Below, in pieces: positions 1 to 12,836 of a stretch of DNA of 64,000 nt. This DNA is from Folioceros fuciformis. Taxonomy: Eukaryota. How positions within the stretch are numbered: position 1 is the stretch's first letter; the number at the start of each line of letters is the position of its first letter. The notes below the pieces were generated by a model. The model saw only the letters and a program-made list of their open reading frames with translations, made no database searches and had not been told where the DNA came from. The stretch spans positions 98,413-162,412 of the forward strand of contig JBNGIO010006231.1 of assembly GCA_049999805.1 (NCBI GenBank), given 5' to 3'. The position numbers and the translations under genes are program-made.

Positions 1-1895
1 AGGGATTGGAGGGCATGAATTTGCCCGGGATAATGAGTATGCAAAGGAATTGGAGGGCATGAATTTCCTCCTTGACATGTATCGACTACACTTGGCTTTA
101 ACGACTCTATGTAGAGAGTGCAGGAGTAGGATGGTGCCATTGGAGGTGTACTTGCAGCCATGGAAAGAGGAGGAGGCCACTCTATGGGCGTGGAGTGGAA
201 TTTGCCTTCTTCAATCTTTGTAGTAGTCTAGGGTCTTTGTATAGAGGCCCATGGTGTTTGTTCTTATGCCCGTATCAGATGTTGCGAGATGTACCCCACA
301 AAGGCTTGGAATAAAGACTGTCTAAACCCCTTCCCCTATTGTATGGTTAATTGGCCGCCTAGATACGGTGTTGCATAATGATCGTTGCTTTGCGTGGAGG
401 GAGAAAGACATGGCTGGCGATGAGCCTTTGCTGAATGGAGAATGACTTGGGTTAGGGTGAAGGAGGAGACGGAGAGCACTGCCTTCAGTTGGGTTCCCTT
501 CAATGTGATGGCATGGAACCCTAAAACCCTTGAGGAGGAAGCATTGATGTGTTGCGTGCGATGGGTGGGAGGGAAAAAAAAACTTGTCTTAGCGTGATGG
601 CCGGATCGGGACGCCCGGAAGCTGCCCACTACGTAAATAGCCAGGTTGATTAGCTTGAAAAATGAGGATTATACAGTATACGGTGGTGTTCATATCGGTA
701 TGATGATTTGGTAGTAGAACAAGCATTGGATAATAACTAAAGGGATGGATTGAGACAAGGGATTAAAAATCAAGATGGTCAAATTTGGTACAACTACTAC
801 ACATTAAAGGATTCTATCTTTCTCATCATCAATCAAAGAAATCCGATCATCAATCCATAGGAAGTCCTATTAGGGTTGGTTCCACATGGAGCATTAAAAA
901 ATGTAGATGCACCGAGTAGGGCATAGTATTCATTTTACGTTTTTCACTATTTCATTTGATATGTTGTACCACATCTTCGTCTTCATGTTGAGGCATGAAC
1001 GATTTCTTGAGGCCCGTAATGCGGCAAAAGCGTCGTGCGGAAGAAAACATCACTTGAGACTTTCGAAGGGCCGGAGGCTGTTCCTCGGTGTGAGCCGAGG
1101 ACAGCCTGGCTCAGATGCGCATCCACGTCACGAACAAGCGAAGGACGAGCGTACGGGGCTGACTGCAGGAGCTGACTCTAGAAACACGACACGCTTGACG
1201 GGTGGGAACGCCCGAAAGCCAGAAGCTTCATTCCAACTTCATCACGTTGGCAAAGAAAAAATCGTCGAACCCAAATTCAGGACGTCGCAGGAAAGGAGGG
1301 AGAAGCAACGCAGATATGTGAGTGCGTGTGAGGTGCAGACACATGGACTTGCGTACGTGACTGTCGCTTGTGCGTGGTGAAAAGGCCCTGGTTTATATAT
1401 CCTTGGGTCCTTAGGACAAGCATTTGGCGAGGCCATGGATCCCGGGAGTGGCGACAATGACTACGCAGGAAAGAACCCGCAAATAACTGGGCCGGACCCA
1501 ACCCAATCCGGTAGAACTGTGAGTGGCGTCAGGCTGCCGCATCGTGGGAAGTTACTGTGAAAAGCTGAAGCTGAAGAGAGGCAAGTGGGCTCCGGATAGT
1601 ATCTGGCGCTACTTGAACCGAGGGTGCTCCGGTCTTCGGCCAGCTGTAGATCAGAGTAGCGTGGTAGTGCGTGGTTCCTATCTCTCTCGTTCGAGACGTC
1701 TCCCAGTCATCTTGTCCTCCAGCAGCGCCTAGGGGCCTGCCGTCTCGGTGTGCTTGACTCAGACTGCCGGGGCTCCAATGCCACGGTGAGACTGTCGAAA
1801 CGGGTCGGCCGGCCCCTGCCGCAGACCCCGCGATGGTAGAACACAGCAAGGCGTGAATTTGTTTGGTGCTCGGGAGTTGGAAGCCTCGATCTAGG

Positions 1896-4623
1896 ATGCG
1901 AGTGCCTCTGACAATGCCCCTGCTGCTGTTGCTGCTGCTGGGGCTGCTGGGACCAGTGGTGTGGGTGCGAGGGGTCAGCATCCTTGGCTGCCTCAACACC
2001 CTGGACAGCCAACACTACCTGCAGGCGGGGAACTACACTCTGGTGATCCAAAACGACTGCAACCTGGTGCTGTATGAGGGGACGCGGACCAAGGTCTGGG
2101 AGAGCGGGGCAGGGGTGAACGTGACGGGCGCAAACTGCTCCGCAAAGCTGCTGGGTAACGGGATCCTGGCCGTCTACGACGGCCCGGACAGCACGCCGAT
2201 CTGGGAGTCTAATGGGGCTACGGGGAGTGGGAATTATTTCATGCTCGACGCCACAGGTAGGCAGAGCATTAAGCAGCTGACCAAGTCCAACGAGTACCTC
2301 TATGCCGCGACACCGAATGAGACGTTGCCGGGGCTGGGATTCGTTACTCTTCCGAACCAGGTCTGGAACACACAGAGCTCGGTCATATACATGCTTGCCG
2401 GGTACCAGCTGCCTGTGGGTACTACCTTAAACAGCGGGGTTAATTTCATCCTGGCGCTCAATTCCACCAGCTGCGTCCTGGAGCTTCGGGAGGCCAATTT
2501 GGTCCTGTGGTCCAGCGCTAGCAACCGCAGCAAGCTGGCGAGAGGGGAGGATTGCCACGCCGTTGAGTTGAATGACAACGGGATTCTGCAGATAGTAGGG
2601 AGCCAGGGCGGGGTGGTGTGGGCCACCAATGTCAGTGGGCCGCCTTCCGTTGATAGCTATGTCTTGTATATGAGCGACAAGGGGAATGTGTCCATTTACG
2701 ACAGCTTGCAGCTGGAGAAGGCCATTTGGACCACGCACCATCCTGAGCCGGAGGAACATCATGGCTCAGGCTCCTTGGTTTGGATCGCAGGGGTGCTTAC
2801 TGGTGTCGTCATCCTTGGTGTTGTAGGCGGGTTGCTGGTGTGGGGATTGTCCGTGTATTATGGTTGTTGCTTAGGTGAGTACAACCCGTGGATCACCCAA
2901 TCCTCACACCTTTCCTTACTTCGTTGTCGCGCTGCGCCTGATTGTGGTGATGTGGCAAATCATAATGGTGGGAGGCTGCCGATTTTGTAGGTTGTTTTAA
3001 TCCAGCAGGCCAGCAGCTGACGACTGAGTTGATGAAAGATAGAGGGAGAGGCCTGTCGTTGTCCTTGGCTATGGTTCGGCAAGCTACAAAAAGATATCAG
3101 AAATTGCTGGGTGAAGGTGGTTTTGGGAAGGTGTTTTATGGGAAGCTGGCAGATGGGCGCGAAGTTGCTGTCAAGGTGTTATCACCCAAATCTAGACAGG
3201 GCAAGAATGAGTTTTACAATGAGGTGAGCCTCGTGTACCATGAATGCTCTTTTGCGCCAAGTTGGCTCTTTAATGCTTGTCAAGGGACGGCTGTACTGTA
3301 TGTGCTCCTCAAACACAGTTACGGACATGGATGTGCAGATTAAGCTGCTGTCGGTGGTACATCACCAGTACCTTGTCTCCCTTGTGGGTTACTGCCTCGC
3401 GTGGAATAATAAGATACTCGTTTACGAATACATGAGCGGAGGGGACCTCTTTAAGAGACTACATGGTAACGTGATGCGCAGAAACATGTTTTAGGGGGTT
3501 AGCGGTGAAGGCGCCAAGACGGCATGTCTGATTATCGCAACTTTGTTCTCAGGAGATACTGCCGTGTCCCAACCACTCACCTGGAGCGAAAGGACGAGGA
3601 TACTGATGCAAGTTGCAGAAGGTAGGTACAGTTGCGGGCAGGTGACGAGCTGGGCTGTGAAAACGCCAGGCACGGGTAGGAAAGATATGGTGACGTGTGG
3701 TGTGCTGTCGGCTCATAGATGTGTGTACTCTTGTACAGGTCTGGAGTATCTACATGATGGATGTAATCCAGCCATTCTCCACCGTGACGTGAAGAGTACC
3801 AACATTCTTCTGGATGACAAGATGTGTGCCAAAGTAGCAGACTTCGGCCTCTCCAAACTGGTGGCAGTGGACCCAGACGCTACTCATATTGTAACTGGAA
3901 TAAAGGGGACTCACGGGTATCTGGATCCAGAGTAAGCTTCGGTTTCCACCGTTGCAGACTAGTGGTGAAATCACAGTACGTTACCCTGCTTCTGCATTTT
4001 GACCATTATCCTGCTCACAGGTACTGCCAAACAGAGAAGCTCACAGACAAAACCGATGTGTATGCATTCGGAGTTCTGCTTATGGAGATACTCACAGCAA
4101 TACACCCGACAGGCGACTCAAACAATCCCATGTTTATTGGCCATGTGGTAAGCCTCTTATCATTAGCACAACAGGTACTGTCCTAAGGACATGCTCCCAA
4201 TCAAAAACCTAAGATTTCTGTAACCCTATGATACAGGTTCAGCAAGCGTGGAAAGCTGGACAGATCCTAGAGCGGTGTGACCCTAACTTGGGGGGTTTGG
4301 TCGACGAATACGAATATATTAAGCTGATGAAGCTTTCGTTGTGGTGCATCAAGTTACGTGGTCAAGACAGACCATCCATGGGCCAGGTAGTGCAAGAACT
4401 CAGGAACGTGGGCCTGGTGCAAGTGGGTCCTCTTCGTTCTATAAATGGTCGACAACCTAACGATTCCCACGATTTCTCGGCGGAGGATCTTGAGGCTGGA
4501 GGTTCGGAAAACCATGCTACAGATGTTTCCCCCTCTGACACAGAGTCTGCTAGTTCTAGATCGGGTGGCTTCAGCTCTCCTGTGTCAGTAGATAATTTCA
4601 AGCCAGCCCCACCTCCATTGTGA
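1896..4623 (+). CDS. Receptor-like kinase: signal peptide, two GNA/bulb-type (B-lectin) domains, TM, RD Ser/Thr kinase; 7 exons (1896-2874, 2991-3223, 3339-3465, 3553-3621, 3739-3931, 4021-4147, 4237-4623)
   Basis: Leu-rich signal peptide ([18 protein letters not shown]); QNDCNLVLY matches the QxDxNxVxY mannose-site consensus; two B-lectin-like repeats with VW(E/A)S/T motifs; [25 protein letters not shown]; kinase motifs [37 protein letters not shown] joined in frame by GT-AG introns. Confidence 0.92.
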
Positions 4624-4949
4624 GGAACTTCATCTGTGCAATATATACCCAGCAAAGCTGGGCAGAAGAAGAAGGACTTGACCAACTTGTACTATGGTAT
4701 ACTTGCTTACTTGCTGGAAAGGACAGCCTCTCATTCTGCGTTGAGTACCCATCTGAGGGCAGGATGCTTATTCCTAGAATTCTTGTACAATTGTATCGAC
4801 TTGGCTTGAGAAGTGAACTTCTTCATTGTACACTCCGGTCTTCCACCAAGTCATCCCAAACCTATGTATCGATTGGTCTCTAGAAATCGCGGGACACCAA
4901 AGCCTTAGGCTAAGCTACCGTACAGTTGCCATTCAGGAAAGGCGGATAG

Positions 4950-6035
4950 TAAGCTCTGTTCAAACATGCTTATTGCAAGAAAACGTGAATTTTCCCAGCA
5001 TCCTGAGTACCACCTTCGTGTCCCCTAGTGCTCCCACCCAGCTCTTCTCATACCTGACGGCAAGAACCTACAGGCACATCATTTTGGAAACTCAGGTGGT
5101 CAACACGGCGGCATTTGCGACATATCATCAACCTACGAGGCACATTTGCAGGTAGTCAGGCGGGTCTGCATGTAACCACTGGTATGCTCTCAGCAGCTTG
5201 CATGAAACCACCACCTTGCTGTGCATCCTGGCGTAAGACCATGTTTGCGCATGAAACCTGCTGTCCATAGTCGAATACCACTGTCCACGCCATAGTTCAA
5301 TGAGGCATGCAGCCTCTCCATGGAGACATGAGACAGATTTGGGAACTACGAACAACTCTCGTCACATCCTAAGCAACTCAACACCTAGGCATGCTTCGTG
5401 CACACCTTGAAGTCTGTTTCACTCAGATTGCCTCGGAGCTTCAACCCTAGCTAAGGTGACTTCCATATTGGCCAAAACCTGCTGGTCAACCAGACAGATA
5501 TGAACGTGACATACAGGTAGGTTGCTTCACAGCAGCCTTAGCAATCCGCACCCATTGCTCCTTCCATCCCCAAAGAGTGAGTCCTAATTACTCGAGCCAT
5601 GATATTACTTCACCATTATTCATGTCCTGCTCAATTATGCATCAGGTGCCTTTGCCACCATCCTCGTCCTCCCACACATCCCACACGGCTTCAAACAGTA
5701 CCCGGGGATCAAAAATGAGGTCAAAGGGGCGCAAGATAGGGGGGCCAGCATCAGCATACGCTCGCATAGTGCGGTAATAGCTACCACCAAATTGCCAACG
5801 GTTACCCGCGCAATGGTTGGTACGCTCGCAGTTATCGAGCCAGCCCGGAAACAAAACGATCAGCCAGTGGCTAGGCAAGCCATACAACTCCAGGTACGTC
5901 AGAAATTCGCTTCACCCTCCGTATCGGTCCTTCTCTCTGCTTGGTGCATCAGGGTGAACTTCAGTCCTCTCTCCCGTAACCGTCTTCCTGGCAAGTCTCC
6001 TGTCAGGTTCTTCCAGCAGGTCTAACAACCACCGC
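4950..6035 (-). pseudogene. Decayed coding-like sequence of unknown identity (possibly TE-borne)
   Basis: Long minus-strand frames (e.g. LYGLPSHWLIVLFPGWLD...DPRVLFEAVWDVWEDE; ELFVVPKSVSCLHGEAACLIELW...) interrupted by scattered stops, many TGA; no recognisable domain. Confidence 0.3.
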
Positions 6036-8082
6036 CACACCCATCAACGATAGGATTGTTCAAGAAATATTGTGTACTGAATTAAGAACATTTACAATGA
6101 TTTGTAAACCTCGAACAACAAAGCTTGCGTAATCAGTATTTCAATTGCAACTCACAAGCCCTGCATCTTGTTTTGCAGCATTTAACACCTCACTCTGAAT
6201 CGTGTTTGTAGCTTGATTTGGGTACTTGGCACTCGGCACTCGTGCTTAAGTTTGACACTTGATAGAAGTATTTCAAACACTAAGAGAGATTTTTATTGGA
6301 GATGTGACTGTCACTAACTCTACTTATGATTTTGTCAAGTCACACATGTCATTCTCAATCCTCCGATTAGGCAATAGAGGGTTGTTCTTCGGCAAAAGTT
6401 TGTGAGCACACTTGTATATTGCTCACAAACTTCTATATGCCGCAAGGGTACACCTTTATTCCCCTCACCGTTGAGATTCATAGAGTCATGAGCAAGGCTT
6501 TTTCTAAGTTTCTTCAGTTCCATGCAAGGGAGTGCTACAATCCTACGAGTGGGATTGACCTTCCTCTTTCATGAGTTGTAACTTTCTACATGCAACTATG
6601 TCCATCACCCTCCAAGGGCATTGACTAATATGGAGTGTAGGATAATAGCAAATGCAGCACAAACAACATCTTTGGCACCTATGTAGGCTAGTAACAATGG
6701 GGATTAGTATCTCATGATTTAGTTTGTTATGGGAGCATGAATGCATGTACAATTGTGATTGATAAAAAAGCTTAGTGGAATTGAGTTGTGTCACCAAAAA
6801 GGGCAAAATGTGTAACAACTTATAAGATCCTAGAGATCTGCAACAAGTTCCACCTCATTCAAAGCTTAGCAAGAACTTAAGCTTAAGGAACATGATTGTT
6901 CACAAAGCCATCTATAGATACTTAAGCTTAGTTCACAAGATCAAGTAGACAAAATATCTACTTGGAAAGCTACTTTGAAAGCTTAGCAGGAATGTCCCAA
7001 GCAAAGGATGCCAAAACAGCGGTGATGGAGACATTGTTGTGATACTTTGACACATACTCTGCGAAGCTCTTCTTGCTCCTTATCAGTTCATGCTCTCCTC
7101 CATAGGTGTCTAGAAATTGTATGGTAGGCTGCATAGAACGGTCCCTCCAGTATGTGTCTTTGCAATTTGTTCTAGAACCAACTGACCACTTCCAAAATGG
7201 AGGAGCAAAAGGTGCCCCTTCTCCTTTTGCTAAAGGATTTTGAGGAGTGAGAACAACGTTAGGGTCAAGAGGAATAGGTACCCAAATCTCGTGCACCCTC
7301 TTCCTCGCGTAGGCACCTTCATCTGACTTGTTTGCTTCGTCCCTTTCAGCTTCTTCATTGCTCTCAGCTTTGGTGGATGCTTCACCTATGAAAGTCACAT
7401 TGAAATTTAAGTCAAATTTGAACAATTAAATGGATGATAGACACATATGTAAATCTATGATAAAGTCAAAATCTAATGGAATAATATTCACTATACCTTT
7501 CTCAAATTTTGATTGCCCAGATTCAAGCACATTTTTGGCCTGAAAGAGAAAAAAGGAATTCTTATGTTAGGTTGTGTTGTTGCATGCGCACTCAAAGATA
7601 GAAAAAATCTCCTTGTTTTGTTTTTTTAAATCACATTCCAAAAGATAATGCTCTCTCAACCCTCTCCAAATAGCCTTGGAATATACCTTCTTCACTTTGT
7701 GGGCACCTACGAGGGAATCGTCTGATCTTTGCCTCTTTACACCTCCTTCCGAAGCTTCTTTCCTCCGAGCTTCTATTGCTGACGAGCTATAGTACTCCTT
7801 ATCATCCATAGTTGCCTCAGAATCATAGTCATCAGCAGTTCCTTCAATGTCATGGTCTGATTCAGGTTCCACCCGCTTCGTATGATGGCAAGGTTGATAC
7901 TTAACTTTCACCTCTACCCATTCAAAATCTTCGGCCTAAAATACAAAAAGAGCATCATATTTCACTCAAAACAAATAAGGTTATATTTAAACACTTAAAG
8001 AAAATAGGCCTTGTTTGAACCTACTGCAATGCAAAATTTGTAAAGGTCATACAAAGCATATTCTAGTAAACAAAGGACACTC

Positions 8083-8349
8083 ACAGCCTCTGAAGGTGGC
8101 TTGTCGTCCTTGACACCTTGATCTTGGCCCTGGGGAGAATCAGTTCCACGAGCCTCTGACTGTGACTTGTCGTTCTTGACACCTTGATCTTGGCGCTTGG
8201 GAGAAGCACTTCCACAAGCCTCTGACTGTGGCTTGTTGTTCTTGACACCTTGATCTTGGCACTTGGGAGAAGCACTTCCACAAGCCTCTGAATGTGGCTT
8301 GTCGTCTTTGACACCTTGATCTGGGGACTTAGGAGAAGCACTTTCACAA
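8083..8349. repeat. 63-bp tandem repeat, about 4 copies (21-aa unit SASPKxQDQGVKxxKPxSEACG on the minus strand)
   Basis: Recurring ttgacaccttgatct...ggagaagcacttccacaagcctctga at 63-bp period. Confidence 0.9.
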
Positions 8350-9159
8350 GTCACTCCTTGAGAGTTGGCACTCGTACCCATACTACTAACTCCGGGTTCC
8401 AAGCCCTTTGCCTTCATCTCGAAATTGTTGACCTTTCGAATCACACACAAATTCTTGAGAACAAATAGTAAAAACACTGAACAAAGATTAGAATATGCAA
8501 ATGCGAATACAATCTCTTACTATGAATGCATGCATTCAAGAGTGAAAGACTTAATGAGGTTAGAAGAACACTTGCTCACATATATAGAAGTTCTATTGGA
8601 CAAACTTCCGATTGATTCACGAAAGAAATTCAAACATGAGAAGATGTATAATTAAATATTTATTAAAAACATGAACATCTTTTGTATACATAGTTGAATA
8701 TCCATAGAAAAAGTTAAGCATCGCCAACATCATGCAATGGAGACTTTATTGAAAAACAAGATGGAAAAATCCATCTACCTCGAGAAAGGAGAAAACCAAA
8801 CCACAAATGCAATCCAATTGCAAAGAACTAGCCCATAAGGCCATTACCTACGACATCCAATGTATAAAGGGTCTCATATTAAAGGGTCTCTCTACCACAA
8901 GAAGTGCTCCTAGTTCCCTTGCATTAGTTGTCAACACTTTTCAAGAGCGATGGACACTTATCGTCAAAAGAAAGCTACAGTGTGAGACAAGAGGGAGATC
9001 AACTCGGATCTTCTTGTTGTGGTAAGCCTTGGCACAATCTCAAAGAACATTCAAGAATGCCTCTGATGTGGCAATATTGCTCTCAATAGTAAGGGGAATG
9101 AAGCCATGCCTGACCTTTCCGAGGTGGACTTGTGGATATTAACAGGGGTTTATTTTTGG

Positions 9160-9640
9160 ATCTTGGCTGATGTGCACCTCTTTGTTGTGCTATCCAAAGT
9201 GTTCAGATGACATGCCTTTGCGCATAGAGTCACTGGTTATGTGCACCTCTTTATTACCCTATCTAAAGAGTTCAGATGGTGTGTCTGCACAAAGGGTCTG
9301 CTATGGAGTCTTGGCTGATGCGCACCTCTTTGTTGTCTTATCCAAAGTGTTAAGATGGCATGCCCTTGCACATAGAGTCACTGGTGATGCGCACCTCTTT
9401 ATTGTCCTTTGCAAAAAGTTGAGATGGTGTGTCTGCACAAAGGGTCTCCTATGGAGTCTTGGTTGATGCGCACCTCTCTTTGTTGTCCTATCCAAAGTGT
9501 TCAGATGGCATGCCCTTGCACATAGGGTCCCGTGAGGAGTCTTGGTTGATGTGCACCTCTTTGTTGCCCTATCTCAAAGTTGATGCACACCTATTGGTTG
9601 CCTATCTCGAGGGTTGAGATGACGTGCTCGCACATAGAGT
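9160..9640. repeat. Degenerate repeat array (core gatg(t/c)gcacctcttt...tatc(c/t)aaag...cagatgg), about 7 copies
   Basis: Core repeated at roughly 70-80 bp spacing with alternating subunits; tttacttggacctggc also occurs about 3 times at 9890-9935. Confidence 0.8.
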
Positions 9641-10190
9641 CCACTATACAGTCATCAGCCATGGTTTGGTTCCCTCAATGAAGAAGAGATGGGCCCAAAG
9701 AGCTTGCCAGTCACAGGTTCTTCAATACAAGCTTTATGATAACGCGACTCAAGGGAACACGTTATGTCCAAATTTGTTCTCAAGGACAATGCGGTGTGAT
9801 AGTATATCCGTTGGAGAGTCTCCTACGTGTCAATGGAGTGTCTCCAAAGTTGAAAGCGTCATGCTGACAAAATCCTCGGACGGACTGGGTTTTACTTGGA
9901 CCTGGCTTTACTTGGACCTGGCTTTACATGGACCGGGCCTGACTCATTTGGCCGGCAATTTTTTTACTTCTTGCTTGAGTCGTCTCAATCGCTTTCACAC
10001 TGGAAGCCAGGGCAGGGTACAGTTCCTGTACTGAGCTTCAGACTCCTGCGTTCCCGATGCGGCTTCGCGTCATTCGATCTGAGCCTGCCCTCCGACGTCG
10101 GGACGTGGCAATGTGACATGTGTGCTCCTCGCGTCCGAATGCCTCCAGCTCTCAGGGCTGTAGCAGCAAATTTCCATAATAGTGCTCAGA

Positions 10191-12836
10191 ATGGTGGTGT
10201 TGCTGCTGCGGCTGGGACTGGGGCTGCAGGGAGAAGTCGGGGGGGTGCGGGGGATGAGCATCCTGGTCTGACTCAGCTCCCTGGACAGCAGAAACTACCT
10301 GCAGGCGAGGAACTACAGCCTGGTGATGCAGAGAGACTGCAACCTGGTGCTGTATGAGGGGACGCGGACCAGGGGACTGGGAGACCGGGACAGGGGGGAA
10401 TGGAACGGGCTGCACAGCAATGTTGCAGGGCAACGGGGTCTGGTCATTTACGATCAGACGGAAAAAACCGTGATCTGGGAGTCCAACGGGGTTCCTGGGG
10501 ACCAGAATTACCTTGTGCTGGAGGCAGCGGACGGGCGAGCATCAAGGTGCTGAAGCATATACCCAGCAAGCCATCTGGTCCCAGATCCCGACTTAGTCGA
10601 CGCCGGGGTGGGGGCCGGGGCTCGCCGACAGGCCTGACAGCGGGGACATCGAATGGTTTACGCCTGCCAATATGATGTACATACATGGTGGCCAGCTACC
10701 AGGTGCTGTGGAGACTCCCTTGAAAAACGGGAAATTCACCGTTACTTTGAATTCCAGCGGCTTCTTGGAGCTGTGGCACACCGAACCGCAGAACAGCTGG
10801 CTTCTCTGGCACAGCAATTTCAGCAGGCTGGAAGGACAGGAATGCAAGGCCGGCACGTTGCGGGAGGACGGGAATCTGTAGATTGTCGGGCTGAGAGGGG
10901 CGGTGGCATGGGCCAGCGGTGTGCGAGGCCCGCCTCCCCCACATAACTATGTGCTGTATTTGAGCGAGACAGGCAATCTGTCCGTTTTCAACAGCCTTCA
11001 GCTCGACCAGGCCAGTTGGACTTCGCACCTGGCTGAACATCGGGGCTCCCGCTTGCGTCTATGGATTTGGATTGTAGGGTTGGCTGGCGTAGTGATCGCT
11101 ACTAGGGCATTCGGGGCACTGGTCGGGGGATTGTCAATGTATTATAGTTGTTGTTTAGGTGAGGACAGGTAATCCATCGCGCCGCTCCTCACTTGAAAAT
11201 TACAGCCCGGATCATTCTGCTGATGTAGTTCATAATGGGATGTTTTGCAGTTGTAGGTGTATTTAATCCTGCGGGGAAGGCTGGCGATTGACTTACTGAA
11301 AGATGGAGGGCGATGTATGTCGTTGTCGCTAGCTATGATTCAGCAATAGACGAACTATTGAGAAGAAGCTCGGCCAAGGTGGGTTTGGGAAAGTTTATCA
11401 TGGCAAGCTTGCAGATGGGCGCGAAATTGCTGTCAAGGTCTCGTCAGCAAAGTCTAGCCAGGGCAAAGATGAGTTTTACAATGAGGTGAGCGTCGTGTAC
11501 CATGAACGCTCCTCAAAAAAAAAATTGCTGTGGGAGTTCTTAAGGCACCACGGTACTGTATTCGATTCAAAAACAGATGCCGACGTGGATGTACAGATTA
11601 AGCTACTGTCTGTGGTGCATCACCAGCACCTCGTCTCGCTTGTGGGTTGCTGCCTCTCATGGAAAAGTAAGATACTCATGTACAAATACATGATCGGAGG
11701 GGACCTCCAACACTGACTACGTGGTAACTTGATTTGCCTGTACATACATGCGGCAAGGCGGCAAGTCTGATGGCATTGGAACTTGTTTCTCAGGAGATAC
11801 TGCTGTGTCCCAACCTTTGAGTTGGAACGAAAGGACAAGGATAGTGATGCAAGTTGCAGAAGGTAGATACATAGGTCTACCAATGGACAGGTGATTTGGT
11901 TGTGGAAACACAGGGCACAGGTTGGACGAGGTCACGCGATGTACTGTGGACAGGCTCATCAATGTATGTACTCTTCCACATGTCTGGAATGTCTACATCA
12001 CGGATGTAGGCCAGCCATTTTCCATCGTCACGTGAAGAGTAGCAACCTTCTTCTGGACGACAAGATGTGTGCCAAAGTGGCAGACTTCGGCCTCTCCAAA
12101 CTGGTAGCAGTCGAACCAGATGCTACTCATATTACAACCGTGGTTAAAGGAACCTTCGGCTATCTGGATCCAGGGCAAGCTTCGCCTTATAGTGTAGCAG
12201 CCTAGAAGTGAAATGTCAATGTGAGACCCTCCTTCCCCATTTTGATTACCATCCTCCCCGTAGGTACTACGGAACAAATAACCTCACACAGAAAAGCGAT
12301 GGGTATGCATTTGGAGTTCTGTTTATGGAGGTACAGCAATACACCCGACTGGTTCACAGGATCATATGTTCAACATCCAGCGGGTAAGCCTCAGGTCATT
12401 TGTACACCAACTAGTTATTTCTGGGAGGTGCTTTCTGTCGGACCCCTAACACCCTGGTAGCCAAATTCAGGTTCGGGAAGCCTGGAAAGCAGGACAGATC
12501 CTGGAGCCGTGTGATCCTAAACTGGGGGATACCTATCACCCATTTGACTTTGTAGAGCTAATCAAGCTTTCTTTGCGGTGCATCAAGACCAGTGGTCGAG
12601 CCGGACCGTCCTTGGCCCAGATTGTGCAACAGCTTAGGGACTTGGGCTTGGTGCAAGTGGGTCCTCTTCGAAGTTGTTTGAAGGGTCGACCATGTGGAGA
12701 TTCCCAAGGCGAGCCAGAAGAGGATATTGGGTCAGGAAGTTTGGAAACACAAGGATCACATCTCGAACACATAGCATCTCTGTATCCGATACAGAATAGC
12801 GTGACTCCAGATCGGGCAGCCTGTGTTCTTCCATGA
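10191..12836 (+). pseudogene. Pseudogene paralog of the lectin receptor kinase at 1896-4623
   Basis: Colinear similarity including introns; in-frame TGA 10269-10271 (Cys in paralog), TAG 10879-10881, TGA 11714-11716, frameshifts, acceptor AG>AT at 11980-11981, catalytic HRD>HRH. Confidence 0.9.

Larger units (their letters stand above)
6040..9950 (-). mobile_element. AT-rich degraded element carrying a spliced, stop-interrupted gene and terminal-side repeat arrays (probable DNA-transposon relic; family not determined)
   Basis: Drop in GC; minus-strand exon-like blocks (about 9140-8850, 8430-8085, 7935-7687, 7540-7497, 7386-6965, 6680-6335) mostly bounded by GT/AG, several with in-frame stops; internal 63-bp repeat; degenerate repeat array at 9160-9640; lies between the RLK and its pseudogene copy. 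Confidence 0.45.

Noticed and set aside
1-620. Possible TE fragment with an 18-bp direct repeat (attggagggcatgaattt)
   Set aside because: No diagnostic motif and truncated by the window edge
907-1380. 157-aa ORF upstream of the RLK
   Set aside because: No recognisable domain; it overlaps the probable promoter, which has several ACGT/TGAC motifs too short to call
9093-9113. 17/21 match to miR166 (reverse complement of ggggaatgaagccatgcctga)
   Set aside because: The four mismatches fall at miRNA positions 3-8, no hairpin partner is visible, and it lies in a decayed exon; likely chance
9160-9640. Repeat array resembling CRISPR
   Set aside because: Repeats are degenerate, the 'spacers' are themselves repeated, there are no cas genes, and the context is eukaryotic
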